From positions 1 through 56,613 of the IMG/VR virus record IMGVR_UViG_3300037439_000258: a stretch of DNA of 56,613 nt, one strand, 5' to 3'. The DNA is from a virus. Taxonomy: Duplodnaviria; Caudoviricetes. Position 1 is the first letter of the stretch. Every line of letters begins with the position of its first letter. Shown piece by piece: positions 35,948-44,694 of this stretch. The position numbers were made by a program, and so were the translations under genes. A model generated the notes under the pieces. It was given only the letters and a program-made list of their open reading frames with translations, ran no database searches and was not told where the DNA came from.

Positions 35948-38616
35948 CGATTCCTCGAACCCATCGCAACGGCGCGCCCGGCGGCAGCGGCCACCTGCGA
36001 CGCGCTGCGGCGCAGCCCGCCCTCATCCTTCACGCCGTTGACGTTGATGTTGACGGTCGTACCGCCCCAGCCCTTGCCGCCCGCTGCCGGGTTCTCTGCC
36101 GCAGGCACGACCGCCTCGCCCTTGTGCAGGACCGCGCGGTAGTTGTCATACGGCACATACTCGGTGCCCTTTGCGAGATAGGCGCCGTAGTCCTGGTTCC
36201 CGAAGTTGGAGCCGGTTCCGAAACCAGTGCCGCTGCTCGCGCCGAAATACGCGCCGGCCGCCTTCATCAACGCGTCCAGCCAACCGGACTGAGCACCGCT
36301 GCTGTCTGTGACGATGCTCAGCACGATCTTCTTCGCCGATATCCGGCTGAGTTCCGCAACCACAACCGAGGCGAAATCCTTGATGCTCGCCTTGCCCGTC
36401 GTCGCGAATCGATAGAAGACGTCCTCGAGGCCCTGGAAGACGCCGGTGGCGGCCCGCCCGAAGAGTTCGAAGTTGTTCTTCGCGTCCTCGATGTACTGCT
36501 TGGTCGCCACCTGGATGCCCAGCGCTCCGTCAAGGTCCTGCTGGCGCCGACGTGCGTAATACTGGTCGTAGATGCGCAGCGCCTCCGCCCGGCTGCTGCG
36601 CAGCAGGTTCAACTCTTCGGTGTAGTCCTTGCCGGGGTTGAGTTCTTCCAGGGCGCGAAGCTGCAGGAGTTGCTGCGCATACCGGTCTTCGATCTGGTTG
36701 AGGCCGGCGGCCCGCTCCTGATCGTTTCGCGTCGATGCGCGGGCATCCAGTTCGCGGCCGAAGCCACGCCTGAGCGTGTCCAGATACTCCTTGGCGGCGG
36801 CCTGGGCGTTCGCCCACTGAGCGGCCTCCAATTTGACCAGGTCGGCGTTGCGTTGCATTGCGCCGGCGATCAACTCCAGCATCGCCTTCTCATCCTTGAA
36901 GGCGTCGATCGATTGCGCCTGCTTCAGGATGCGCTCTTCCAGCTTCGCGCTGATCTTGACGTTCTCCTCGGTCCGAAGCCGTTCGATGGCCAGCGCCGCT
37001 TCCTCTTCAGCAGTCACCCCGGTCAGGGCGATGAACTGCTTCTGCAGACTGTCGAGATAGCGCTCGCCCTCGTTGACCCGCCCCTTGGCCGGGTCCTTGA
37101 ACTTCTCGCGCAGGTTGGCCTCGATCTGCGAGATTTCCTTCGTATTCAGCCGCGGGCTCTCGGGATCGGCCTTGCGGATGTTCTCCAGGTTGGTCCGGTA
37201 CTCCTTCAGCGCCCGGTTCAGTTGCTCCTGCTTGGACAGCGACTGGTCGCGCAGCTTGATGATCTCGGCGTTGGCCTTGATCGCCGCCTCGGTGTTCCGT
37301 GCTTCGTCGCCGGCGGCCTTCGTTGCCCTGCTGGCCTGATCAATTTGCAGTTGCAGCGCACGCTCGGCTTCGTCGTTGCGCTTCTGAGCCATGGCGAGCA
37401 GCGGCTGATTCGCGCTGTAGCCGCTGCCGAGCTCCCGATCGCCGCGTGCCTTCTTCAGCGCCTCCAGGCCTTGCGTGTCGGTGACCGCCCTGAAGAAGTT
37501 GCGCACGGCGTCGATATCCTCGTTGATCGCATCCTTCATGCCCCGCCAGGTGCGGGTGACGATGTTCAATGACGCCTCGACCTGCGGCATCCGGGAGTTG
37601 ACCGCCCGGGCATACAACTCCACGGCGAGAGTGCCGGCCTCCTGATGCCGGTTCTGCTCCTGCAGGACACGTATCTGTTCGGCCTGGGCGAGGGTCAGAT
37701 AGTGGATCGACTCGTTGAGTTTTTCCGATGCCCTCAGCGGCTCGCGGTACAACTCGTTGAATATCTTGCTGCTTTCCTTGAAGGCGACGCCATTGCGCTC
37801 GAGGTTGACCATCGCTTCGCCGACCGACGCGAAGGCACTGGACGCGAGCCGGCCACCTTCGACAAGCGCGGTGAGCGCCGCCATTGCATCGCGCTGGCTC
37901 CCCACGACCTCAGCGATGCTGCGCGCCATCGCGGAGATCTGGTCGGCGTTGGTGCCGGCGGCGTTGCCCGACAGGATCAGCGCCCGCTGCAGATTGTTCG
38001 ATTCGTTCACGGCCTGCGTGAAGAACGCGACCATGGCGCCGGCCGCCGTGCCGGCAGCGAGCAAGGCGATTCGCATGGGCGTGAACACCGACAGCAGCGC
38101 TCTCGCTGCCGGGCCGATGCCGCCGAAGGAATCCTTCAACTGACCGCCTTGCTGGATGGCGACCAGGTAGGCGGGTTGACCGGAGACCAGCGACGTCACG
38201 ATGTCCGTGATCTGCGCCGGCAGCAGGCGCATCGCAGCGACGTTCTGCTTGATCGAGTTGCCGTAGTTCAGCGTGACCTTCTCGGACTCCTTCACCCTGG
38301 CGATGTAGGCCGAGGTCTCCTTGCTGACACCCAGCAGCGCGGCACGCTCCTCGAGATAGGCGGAGGTTGGCCGCCCGACCCGCAAGGACGCGGTCTGCAC
38401 CTGACTGATGAACCGCCGCTGCTGCGCCGAGTAGCTTTCGACTGCCCTCTCAGCCTGTTGCATCGAGCCGGCGATCGACGACGCGGCATTCTTCGCGGAC
38501 GATGCCGCCGCCTTCTCGTAGCCCTCGACCGCCTTGCGGGCGTCCGCCATCCCGGCCTTGAGGTCCGTCGCATCCGCAACGACCTTGATGGTGCTCTGGC
38601 CAATGACGTCCGTCAT
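35944..38616 (-). CDS. tape measure protein (lambda-like)
   Basis: LPAQITDIVTSL.SGQ......QQGGQLKDSFGG; C-terminal AKGT.YVP...LHKGEAVVP. Confidence 0.95.
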   Translation of the reverse strand: MTDVIGQSTIKVVADATDLKAGMADARKAVEGYEKAAASSAKNAASSIAGSMQQAERAVESYSAQQRRFISQVQTASLRVGRPTSAYLEERAALLGVSKETSAYIARVKESEKVTLNYGNSIKQNVAAMRLLPAQITDIVTSLVSGQPAYLVAIQQGGQLKDSFGGIGPAARALLSVFTPMRIALLAAGTAAGAMVAFFTQAVNESNNLQRALILSGNAAGTNADQISAMARSIAEVVGSQRDAMAALTALVEGGRLASSAFASVGEAMVNLERNGVAFKESSKIFNELYREPLRASEKLNESIHYLTLAQAEQIRVLQEQNRHQEAGTLAVELYARAVNSRMPQVEASLNIVTRTWRGMKDAINEDIDAVRNFFRAVTDTQGLEALKKARGDRELGSGYSANQPLLAMAQKRNDEAERALQLQIDQASRATKAAGDEARNTEAAIKANAEIIKLRDQSLSKQEQLNRALKEYRTNLENIRKADPESPRLNTKEISQIEANLREKFKDPAKGRVNEGERYLDSLQKQFIALTGVTAEEEAALAIERLRTEENVKISAKLEERILKQAQSIDAFKDEKAMLELIAGAMQRNADLVKLEAAQWANAQAAAKEYLDTLRRGFGRELDARASTRNDQERAAGLNQIEDRYAQQLLQLRALEELNPGKDYTEELNLLRSSRAEALRIYDQYYARRRQQDLDGALGIQVATKQYIEDAKNNFELFGRAATGVFQGLEDVFYRFATTGKASIKDFASVVVAELSRISAKKIVLSIVTDSSGAQSGWLDALMKAAGAYFGASSGTGFGTGSNFGNQDYGAYLAKGTEYVPYDNYRAVLHKGEAVVPAAENPAAGGKGWGGTTVNINVNGVKDEGGLRRSASQVAAAAGRAVAMGSRNR

Positions 38617-39026
38617 TTTGCGATCTGCCTCATCATGTCCTGTGCCGTGGTGATCTTCGCGGTCGGCGTACCGAGCCGGCTTTCAATGAACGCGTCGTCG
38701 ATACGGCGAAGGGCGCTGATCTCCCAACGCAGCGGCTTGACGCCGATCAGGTCGAAGAACGCGCGCATGTCAGCCCAGCCGATCGCGTTGATGGTCATGC
38801 CCGCGGTGCGCCCGCGACTCAGGTCGCAGAACCACCCCCAGACGTGCTGCACCGCCGTCGACATCTGCGGTGCCTCGCGCAACTCCTTGGCGATGACCCC
38901 GGTCTGCGCCCTGATGTCCAGCAAGATCTGCAGGCGCGACTTGCCGGTATCCTGCTCCGGCCGGGTCAATGCGAATGTCCACTCCGCATATTCCAGAAGG
39001 CCTGTGATCAGGCCTTCGTAAAATTT
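38613..39026 (-). CDS. tail assembly chaperone, -1 frame extension (gpT-like)
   Basis: No good start of its own; reached through slippery A AAT TTT; VWGWF.DLS..R......I.W. Confidence 0.75.
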   Translation of the reverse strand, partial: KFYEGLITGLLEYAEWTFALTRPEQDTGKSRLQILLDIRAQTGVIAKELREAPQMSTAVQHVWGWFCDLSRGRTAGMTINAIGWADMRAFFDLIGVKPLRWEISALRRIDDAFIESRLGTPTAKITTAQDMMRQIAK

Positions 39027-39412
39027 GCGTCGTCCTCGATCTCCCGCACGAGCATGTCTGTCCATGCCGGTTTTATCTTGAGGACGCGCTCTAGCGCCTC
39101 GACACTGAACGGCAGATCAGCACCCTTCGATGCGAAGCCGAACCAGCCGACCACGCAGCGGCGCAGGACCGCCATCTTCACCCGATCGGCGCTTTCGGCT
39201 GCCAGCGTGGCGCCTTCGTCGCTCGCGATGTCCGGCTGCGTCTTGCGGGTAGCGAACGCCTTGATATTGATGATCCCGATTTCGCGCATGGCGTTGCGGT
39301 ACTGCTCGCTCGATGAACCCATTACCCGGAATCCGGAGGGTTTCTTACCTTCCTTCATCACCACGTCGAAGGTTGCTGCCGCGGATGCTTCGAGTTCTTC
39401 GATGTCGATCAT
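39008..39412 (-). CDS. tail assembly chaperone (gpG-like)
   Basis: VVGW.GF...F; ends DDANFTKA across the slippery site. Confidence 0.8.
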   Translation of the reverse strand: MIDIEELEASAAATFDVVMKEGKKPSGFRVMGSSSEQYRNAMREIGIINIKAFATRKTQPDIASDEGATLAAESADRVKMAVLRRCVVGWFGFASKGADLPFSVEALERVLKIKPAWTDMLVREIEDDANFTKA

Positions 39413-40098
39413 GCTGCGATTCCTTCCAGTGCGTTGTGCCAGATGTCGTCGTGCGGGCCACCCGGCCACCCTTCGGTGAAGGGCCCGCCGTTGGTGAAAT
39501 GCGCGATCGCCGGATTCGCTGGCTTGTCCTGCAGGGCGACCAGCCAGTTCCACTCGCGTGGCAACTCGCCGATCTCGTCGTCGTGCAGCCAGGAGAAGGC
39601 GTGCAGGTCGCGCCCGGGTGCCTGATTCAGCGTCGTCAGGTTCAGGCGCTTGTTGGCGGGGTGGTCGGCATTCACCAGCATCACGCTCGACCAGTTCTTG
39701 CGGTGGTAGGCCGTCTGCATCTGGCCGTCCATCTTCACGCCGCCGACGTTGAGCCAGGGGTGTTTGACGACCATGACTGCCTTCGACGGATTCGCAAGGT
39801 TCAACAGTTCGTCCGGGTCGCGCAGGAACACCACGTCGCAGTCCGTGAAGAGCGCCCATCCGGCATGGGCCAGCATCGGCACGAAGAACCGCGAGATGGC
39901 GAACTCCGTCGACTGGGGGGCGTTCGAATTCAGGTCCCACATCTGGCCGCGGCGATCAGTCGGGCGCGTCAGCAGGCCGGAAACCCGAAGCCGGTCCTCG
40001 TAGAGCGGAATGACATCGTTGCCGAACTTGCAAGCGGTCAGTGATGCGACATCGAACGCGGGATCTTCCCGGTGGTCGTAACCGATCCAGACTCGCAT
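39409..40098 (-). CDS. GT-A fold glycosyltransferase (GT8-like)
   Basis: IGYD.RE, STEF..SRF.VP, DCD (DxD), RKNWSSV, EWNWLV, HFT.GGP. Confidence 0.85.
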   Translation of the reverse strand: MRVWIGYDHREDPAFDVASLTACKFGNDVIPLYEDRLRVSGLLTRPTDRRGQMWDLNSNAPQSTEFAISRFFVPMLAHAGWALFTDCDVVFLRDPDELLNLANPSKAVMVVKHPWLNVGGVKMDGQMQTAYHRKNWSSVMLVNADHPANKRLNLTTLNQAPGRDLHAFSWLHDDEIGELPREWNWLVALQDKPANPAIAHFTNGGPFTEGWPGGPHDDIWHNALEGIAA

Positions 40099-40184
40099 CA
40101 GTACGCCGCCGAGATAAAATGACGAGGCCCGCAATCGACTGGAATCGACGCGGGCCTCTGACCAATCAGCGAAAGGACCGCTTC

Positions 40185-40691
40185 ATGGCTATCTCTGATC
40201 TTACTGCGGAGCGACTCCGCGAACTCTTGCACTACAACCCAGTAACTGGGGACTTCAGTTGGCTCGTCGGTAGGCCAAAGGCGTCGCGCGGAGCTGTGGC
40301 TGGATGCCTGCCCCCAAGTGGGTACAGGACCATACGAATCGACGGTCAGATCTACCTCGCGCACCGCCTCGCATGGCTCTACATGACAGGGACGTGGCCC
40401 GAAAACCTGATCGACCACAAGGACAGAAACCAATCGGACAACCGATGGGACAACCTTCGCGAAGCGACACACAGTCAGAACCATCAGAACCAGCATGCGC
40501 GCCGTGACTCCTCCTCCGGCATAAAGGGCGTCTACCGGCACAAGCAGACTAGCGGCTCTTGGGTCGCCTCGCTCAAGATCAACGGAAGGCATCTGCGGGG
40601 ATGCTTCCCCTCCATGGAAGAAGCTATCGCGACCAGGAGCGCATGGGAGAAGGAACATTTCACGCATTCCCCGGTCACCGATAGACCGTAG
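40185..40691 (+). CDS. HNH-AP2-type endonuclease (antisense insertion)
   Basis: LRELLHYNP.TG, AHRLAWLY, IDHKD....DNRWDNLREAT, SGIKGV. Confidence 0.9.
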   Translation: MAISDLTAERLRELLHYNPVTGDFSWLVGRPKASRGAVAGCLPPSGYRTIRIDGQIYLAHRLAWLYMTGTWPENLIDHKDRNQSDNRWDNLREATHSQNHQNQHARRDSSSGIKGVYRHKQTSGSWVASLKINGRHLRGCFPSMEEAIATRSAWEKEHFTHSPVTDRP

Positions 40692-41328
40692 TCGGACGAG
40701 AAGATCCATCTGAACCCTTGCAATAAAAGTACAACGCCAACGAGCGCCGGCTCTTGCCGGGCGGACACGCCAGGGGGTGCGGATGCCCGTGCCAGGACCG
40801 GTCGGTGGTCTGAAACATCACCGCTGTGCCACCCGTCGGATAGATCGTTTTCTTGCCGAAGCCATCAAGCTGGAGCGCGCCACCCCATTCGGTGCTCCAT
40901 GTCTCGTTCAGATACACCAGCAGATTCAAGCAGCGCGTCAGGCCCGATGGATGCTCCGTGAAGTCCAGGTGCATGCCCAGCAAGCCGTTGACGTGGATCT
41001 CGTGCAACCCGCCGCCCAGGCGCGGGACGATGGGGCCTTCGTTGAACCACGGGTCCGGCAGCAGTGGCAGATCGGTGATCCTGGAAAGCGCCTCGACCGT
41101 AGCCGGCGACATCATCTCCGAGGCCAGCGCATGCGCGGCGGGCGGCAGGCGCGCAGGGAATAGCAGGCTCGCCTTCTTCGACTTCCTGCCGTTCTCGATT
41201 CGCCATCCCGGATAGCCGACATCGGGCCATTCTCGGTTGATCTCGTGCACTGCGGCCAACGGAAGGAATCCCGAGGCGACCCAGTGCGGGAACGGGTCGA
41301 GGAACGGCTTGAAACTGTCGAGGTTCAT
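40675..41328 (-). CDS. 2OG-Fe(II) oxygenase
   Basis: GGGLH, H.D, LLVYLN..W...WGG.L, SWHG, RRSLALYFY. Confidence 0.9.
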   Translation of the reverse strand: MNLDSFKPFLDPFPHWVASGFLPLAAVHEINREWPDVGYPGWRIENGRKSKKASLLFPARLPPAAHALASEMMSPATVEALSRITDLPLLPDPWFNEGPIVPRLGGGLHEIHVNGLLGMHLDFTEHPSGLTRCLNLLVYLNETWSTEWGGALQLDGFGKKTIYPTGGTAVMFQTTDRSWHGHPHPLACPPGKSRRSLALYFYCKGSDGSSRPTTVYR

Positions 41329-41837
41329 GCTGTGGTCACCCGCTTGCACGCTTCCACCCGGAAATCTCGGATGTCGCGACCGACGATGTGAAATTGCGGC
41401 CGCGTCTCGACGATGTCGACAAAGCCCGCCTTCTCCAGCATCGGTTTCACCGTCTCGAACGTGTAACCCCAGCGGTGGCACATCAGCGGATTCTTGTCGC
41501 GCGGGTCGCCGTACGCAGCCCACATGTGCAGTTGGTCCGGATGCTTCAGGTTCTCGCGCCCCTCCACCAGGTTCCTGGCCCACTTCAACAGATCCGGCAT
41601 TTCCATGATCAGCAGTCCACCCGGTTGCAGCAGGCGGGCCCATTCGGTCAGGGCAGCGGGTGCCTCCCACTGGTAGAAATGCTCCAGCAGGTGGATGGCC
41701 ATGATGTCCGTGGCGCATCCGTCAGGCAGTGGAATCTTGTCAGCGGGGGCAATGATGTCGGCTTTGGTGCGAGGGGAAGCGTCCACGCCGGTGAAGCCCG
41801 GAACACGCTTGTTGCCGCAACCGATGTTCAGTTTCAA
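41325..41837 (-). CDS. class I SAM-dependent methyltransferase
   Basis: KLNIGCG, H.LEHF, RLLQPGG.L..E.PD; TTGA-coupled. Confidence 0.85.
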   Translation of the reverse strand: MKLNIGCGNKRVPGFTGVDASPRTKADIIAPADKIPLPDGCATDIMAIHLLEHFYQWEAPAALTEWARLLQPGGLLIMEMPDLLKWARNLVEGRENLKHPDQLHMWAAYGDPRDKNPLMCHRWGYTFETVKPMLEKAGFVDIVETRPQFHIVGRDIRDFRVEACKRVTTA

Positions 41838-42625
41838 GCGATGCTCCTGATGAAATCCAATGCCTTGCTCGCCTCGTTCGGGTGCCACTGGAACCATGAC
41901 AACCGCTGCAGGAACGCCAGGCGGTTTGCCGGGGTGAACTCCCGTGCCTTCAGCCACATCGCGGCACCGTCCTGCGCTTCGAACGGCACGCCGGCGATCG
42001 CGGCATCCACCGCCACGTTGCTATGCCGGCAAACGACCAGCGCGGCGCCCTTGAGCAGGTCGGCAATGGGTGAGGATCCGTTGCGTTCGCACGGCAACGT
42101 GACCGGGTCATCTTTCTTCTTCGGCCGATAGACGATCCGGCGCCCCGGGAAGCGGTTGACCAGGTCGTTGTACGTCCGCCGCTCCCACTCGATGGGCCCG
42201 ACGTAGATGCGCTGCTTGCTGCCCAGACCAATCAGCACGATGTGGCCATCGGGATCGGCGTCCTCGCGCAGCGCGATGCCGTGGCGCCTCCAGCGCGACG
42301 CGTCGTCCGGCGCCCTGTCGAGAAGGTGCTGCGGATGGTCATCGTTGAGGGTGCACCGCACGAACCCGCCAACCTTGGCCCGGCCGAAGTAGCCCAGGTC
42401 CCAGATCAGCACCTTGCCGCCCGCCGCGATATGCCGCAGCCGGGCCGCGTGGTGCACCGGCGCGCCGACACCGAACAGCACCAGCCACTCGCTGCGGCCG
42501 GCGTAACTGTTGCTGAGGCTGATGTCGGCGCCGGACTTCACGAGGGCATCCTTGACCGCCGACAGAATCTCGTCGCCCGCCCGCGGCGGCCGCTTGCCCC
42601 TCAGAATCTCAACGCTTCCAGCCAC
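41834..42625 (-). CDS. capsule-biosynthesis-like (KpsC/KpsS-like) GT-B glycosyltransferase
   Basis: DLGYF, IVYRPK, LVVC.HSNVAVDA.IAGVP. Confidence 0.65.
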   Translation of the reverse strand: MAGSVEILRGKRPPRAGDEILSAVKDALVKSGADISLSNSYAGRSEWLVLFGVGAPVHHAARLRHIAAGGKVLIWDLGYFGRAKVGGFVRCTLNDDHPQHLLDRAPDDASRWRRHGIALREDADPDGHIVLIGLGSKQRIYVGPIEWERRTYNDLVNRFPGRRIVYRPKKKDDPVTLPCERNGSSPIADLLKGAALVVCRHSNVAVDAAIAGVPFEAQDGAAMWLKAREFTPANRLAFLQRLSWFQWHPNEASKALDFIRSIA

Positions 42626-43434
42626 GAGCGATATCGTGCCGCCACGGTCGACAGGTGTGGCGTGGACAATTGGAGAGTGCGCGACGACTGGGAGCGTTCT
42701 CGGTAGTCCTCGAGGCGATCGAATGATGCGGCGAGTCCTTGTTCGTTTTCCGCGAAGCATTCCGCACCCGATTGGTTTTCCAGATAGCCCGCTTCAGGAC
42801 TCAAGATGCACGGCGTACCAGAAGCTTGAGCATTTGCTGCCTTCACCCCGGACTTCCAGAACCGCGCCGGGTAACCCGTGGCCTCTCTCAGCGCCACCAC
42901 GATATCCACCTCGGCCAGCGTCTGCGGGTTCAGGACGAACTTCCAGCGGCGGGCGGCGCACTGCTTCTCGACGATCTGCCGCCAACAGCCCAGATGCTTT
43001 TCCCCGCCCTGGTACCCGACCTTGTGCACCCGTTCCCGAATCGGGTTCAGTTCTTGCCCGGGTCGGGCGTGATGGGGAATGCAGATCACCGGGAGGTCAA
43101 ACTCGGCGCAGTCCGCTGCCATCTGCTGGGTGGCGGCGACGATCGCTTTCGGCCTGATGCGGCGGACCTGTCCCCGCAACCAGGTCAGTGCCGCCTCCTT
43201 GTCCCAGTGGTTGCCCATCGGCTGCGTCCAGGCGTCGACGACATCCCAGACGACCGGGACTCCACGCAAGCGCTCAATCAGCCTGTCGTCGCACCGCTTG
43301 ACCAGAATCGCTAGGTCGTAGCCCTTGCTGATTACTGCATTCGCTTCGACGGTCGCGCCGATCGCCTTGCCGAGCTGCGCGCCACGGATGGCCCAGGAAC
43401 CGCTGGTGCCGCGCCCGGTGACCAGGATCTTCAC
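42601..43434 (-). CDS. putative GT-B glycosyltransferase
   Basis: GSW.IRG.QL, VVWDVVD, IPHH, VGY.G, KS.VK..NA.A.G.P. Confidence 0.6.
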   Translation of the reverse strand: MKILVTGRGTSGSWAIRGAQLGKAIGATVEANAVISKGYDLAILVKRCDDRLIERLRGVPVVWDVVDAWTQPMGNHWDKEAALTWLRGQVRRIRPKAIVAATQQMAADCAEFDLPVICIPHHARPGQELNPIRERVHKVGYQGGEKHLGCWRQIVEKQCAARRWKFVLNPQTLAEVDIVVALREATGYPARFWKSGVKAANAQASGTPCILSPEAGYLENQSGAECFAENEQGLAASFDRLEDYRERSQSSRTLQLSTPHLSTVAARYRSWLEALRF

Positions 43435-43625
43435 AAACAATCAGGAACGGGCAACCGCCAGTCGCGCTTCTTCGGCTCTGCCAATCGGCGAAGCAACGTG
43501 GGCCGTATGAACTGGTCCAAATCGCCGTCGAGGACCGACCGAACGTCGCTCGTCTGGACCCCGGTCCGAAGGTCAGTCACGTTCTGGCGATCCAGGACAT
43601 ACGTGCGGACCAGTTGTTCGCTCAT
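43431..43625 (-). CDS. 64-aa protein resembling the C-terminus of peptide chain release factor 2
   Basis: VRTYVLD...VTDLRTGVQT.DV..VLDGDLDQFI versus RF2 IRSYVLD...IKDLRTGVET.N..AVLDG.LD.FI. Confidence 0.75.
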   Translation of the reverse strand: MSEQLVRTYVLDRQNVTDLRTGVQTSDVRSVLDGDLDQFIRPTLLRRLAEPKKRDWRLPVPDCL

Positions 43626-44185
43626 CGCCCCATCACATCGAGCGAACGCTCCAGCCGCTGCCGCAGCGCGGCGATCCGCAGGGGGTCATCCCGAGTACGC
43701 TGCACGCGCTTGTCATACTTCGGGGTGCCTGGCCCATGACCCCGTGCGCGCATCACACGCATCTCGCGAATGTGGCGAAACTGGTCACTGGTCAGCCTGC
43801 GCATCTCGGAGAAGCAATTGAGGAAGTCCAAGTCGCCATCGATGACCGGCAGCACCGCATCGCTCGGAACCTCAACCCGCGGCACTTGGTCAAGCAGCCA
43901 TCGAATCGGCATTCCGCCTTGCGTCCACCGCTTGATCACGAGGCCTGCGATCTTCGTCGAGTCCTGCTTCCCGTCCTTGAGCTCCAGTAGAAGGTGCCTC
44001 GCAACGGAGTCGTCTAAGTCGGCAGTCCACAACTCTGGATTGCCGTGACTCATGAATTCCTCGGCCTCTGCGTTGTCCATTTCAATCGCAGGCGGAACCG
44101 TGATCTCAACATCTTTCGCACCACCAGCCATCGCGACAAGCACGCGATCCAACTCGGCAACGGCTTTGAATTCGTACTGCTTCAT
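43622..44185 (-). CDS. hypothetical protein
   Basis: GGAG RBS; ATGA-coupled on both sides. Confidence 0.6.
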   Translation of the reverse strand: MKQYEFKAVAELDRVLVAMAGGAKDVEITVPPAIEMDNAEAEEFMSHGNPELWTADLDDSVARHLLLELKDGKQDSTKIAGLVIKRWTQGGMPIRWLLDQVPRVEVPSDAVLPVIDGDLDFLNCFSEMRRLTSDQFRHIREMRVMRARGHGPGTPKYDKRVQRTRDDPLRIAALRQRLERSLDVMGR

Positions 44186-44694
44186 TGTTTCACTCCGAAC
44201 CCGCACGCCATCGACCGAGCATAGTACCGATGCCCCTCGACCTTCAGCATCGGGATCGCCTTGTGATGCGTCTGCAGACCGCCGTGCGTGTCGTAGACCA
44301 TCGCCAACCAGTCGATGGACGTGAATAGCGACCGGATGCCCGACAGGCTCATGCGGAAGTAATCGTCAGGGTGAGCATGCGGCCACCAGTTGAACGGCAC
44401 CTCCACGTGGATCGTCCCCCCCGGCTCCAGCATCCGCTCGAGGCTCTTCGCCATCAGCCAGGGCCGGCGGCAGTGCTCCAGCACGTAGGTGCACTCGATG
44501 TGCGCGAACTGCCCGATGTCGCATTGCTCCTCGAGGTTCAGCACCATGTCGACGCCGAGCCCCTCCCGCATGTCGACGCCCAGCGCCACCGGATAGAGCG
44601 CGCGCCGGTCCGTCTTGCCGGTCGTCACGTAGGATCCCACGATCAGGGTGCGGCCCGGTCGCGGCCGCACATGCTCAGTTTCGAAGCGCGACAA
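44182..44694 (-). CDS. class I SAM-dependent methyltransferase
   Basis: L.VGS, GVDM..G.GVD, VLEH...PW, L.PGG, H.HP.DY.R. Confidence 0.85.
   Translation of the reverse strand: MSRFETEHVRPRPGRTLIVGSYVTTGKTDRRALYPVALGVDMREGLGVDMVLNLEEQCDIGQFAHIECTYVLEHCRRPWLMAKSLERMLEPGGTIHVEVPFNWWPHAHPDDYFRMSLSGIRSLFTSIDWLAMVYDTHGGLQTHHKAIPMLKVEGHRYYARSMACGFGVKQ

Noticed and set aside
29847-39021. Long plus-strand ORFs (29847-31466, 34934-36142, 36124-37572, 37645-39021)
   Set aside because: Antisense shadows of GC-rich tail genes with no recognisable motifs
39409-41328. GT plus 2OG oxygenase as a DNA hypermodification (TET/JBP-type) pair
   Set aside because: Not excluded, but disfavoured: the oxygenase motifs resemble the prolyl-hydroxylase-like type, no C5 DNA methyltransferase is adjacent, and the context is structural
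43431-43625. Release factor signalling stop-codon reassignment
   Set aside because: No GGQ or SPF motif; conserved genes translate full length in the standard code and end in TGA, TAG or TAA
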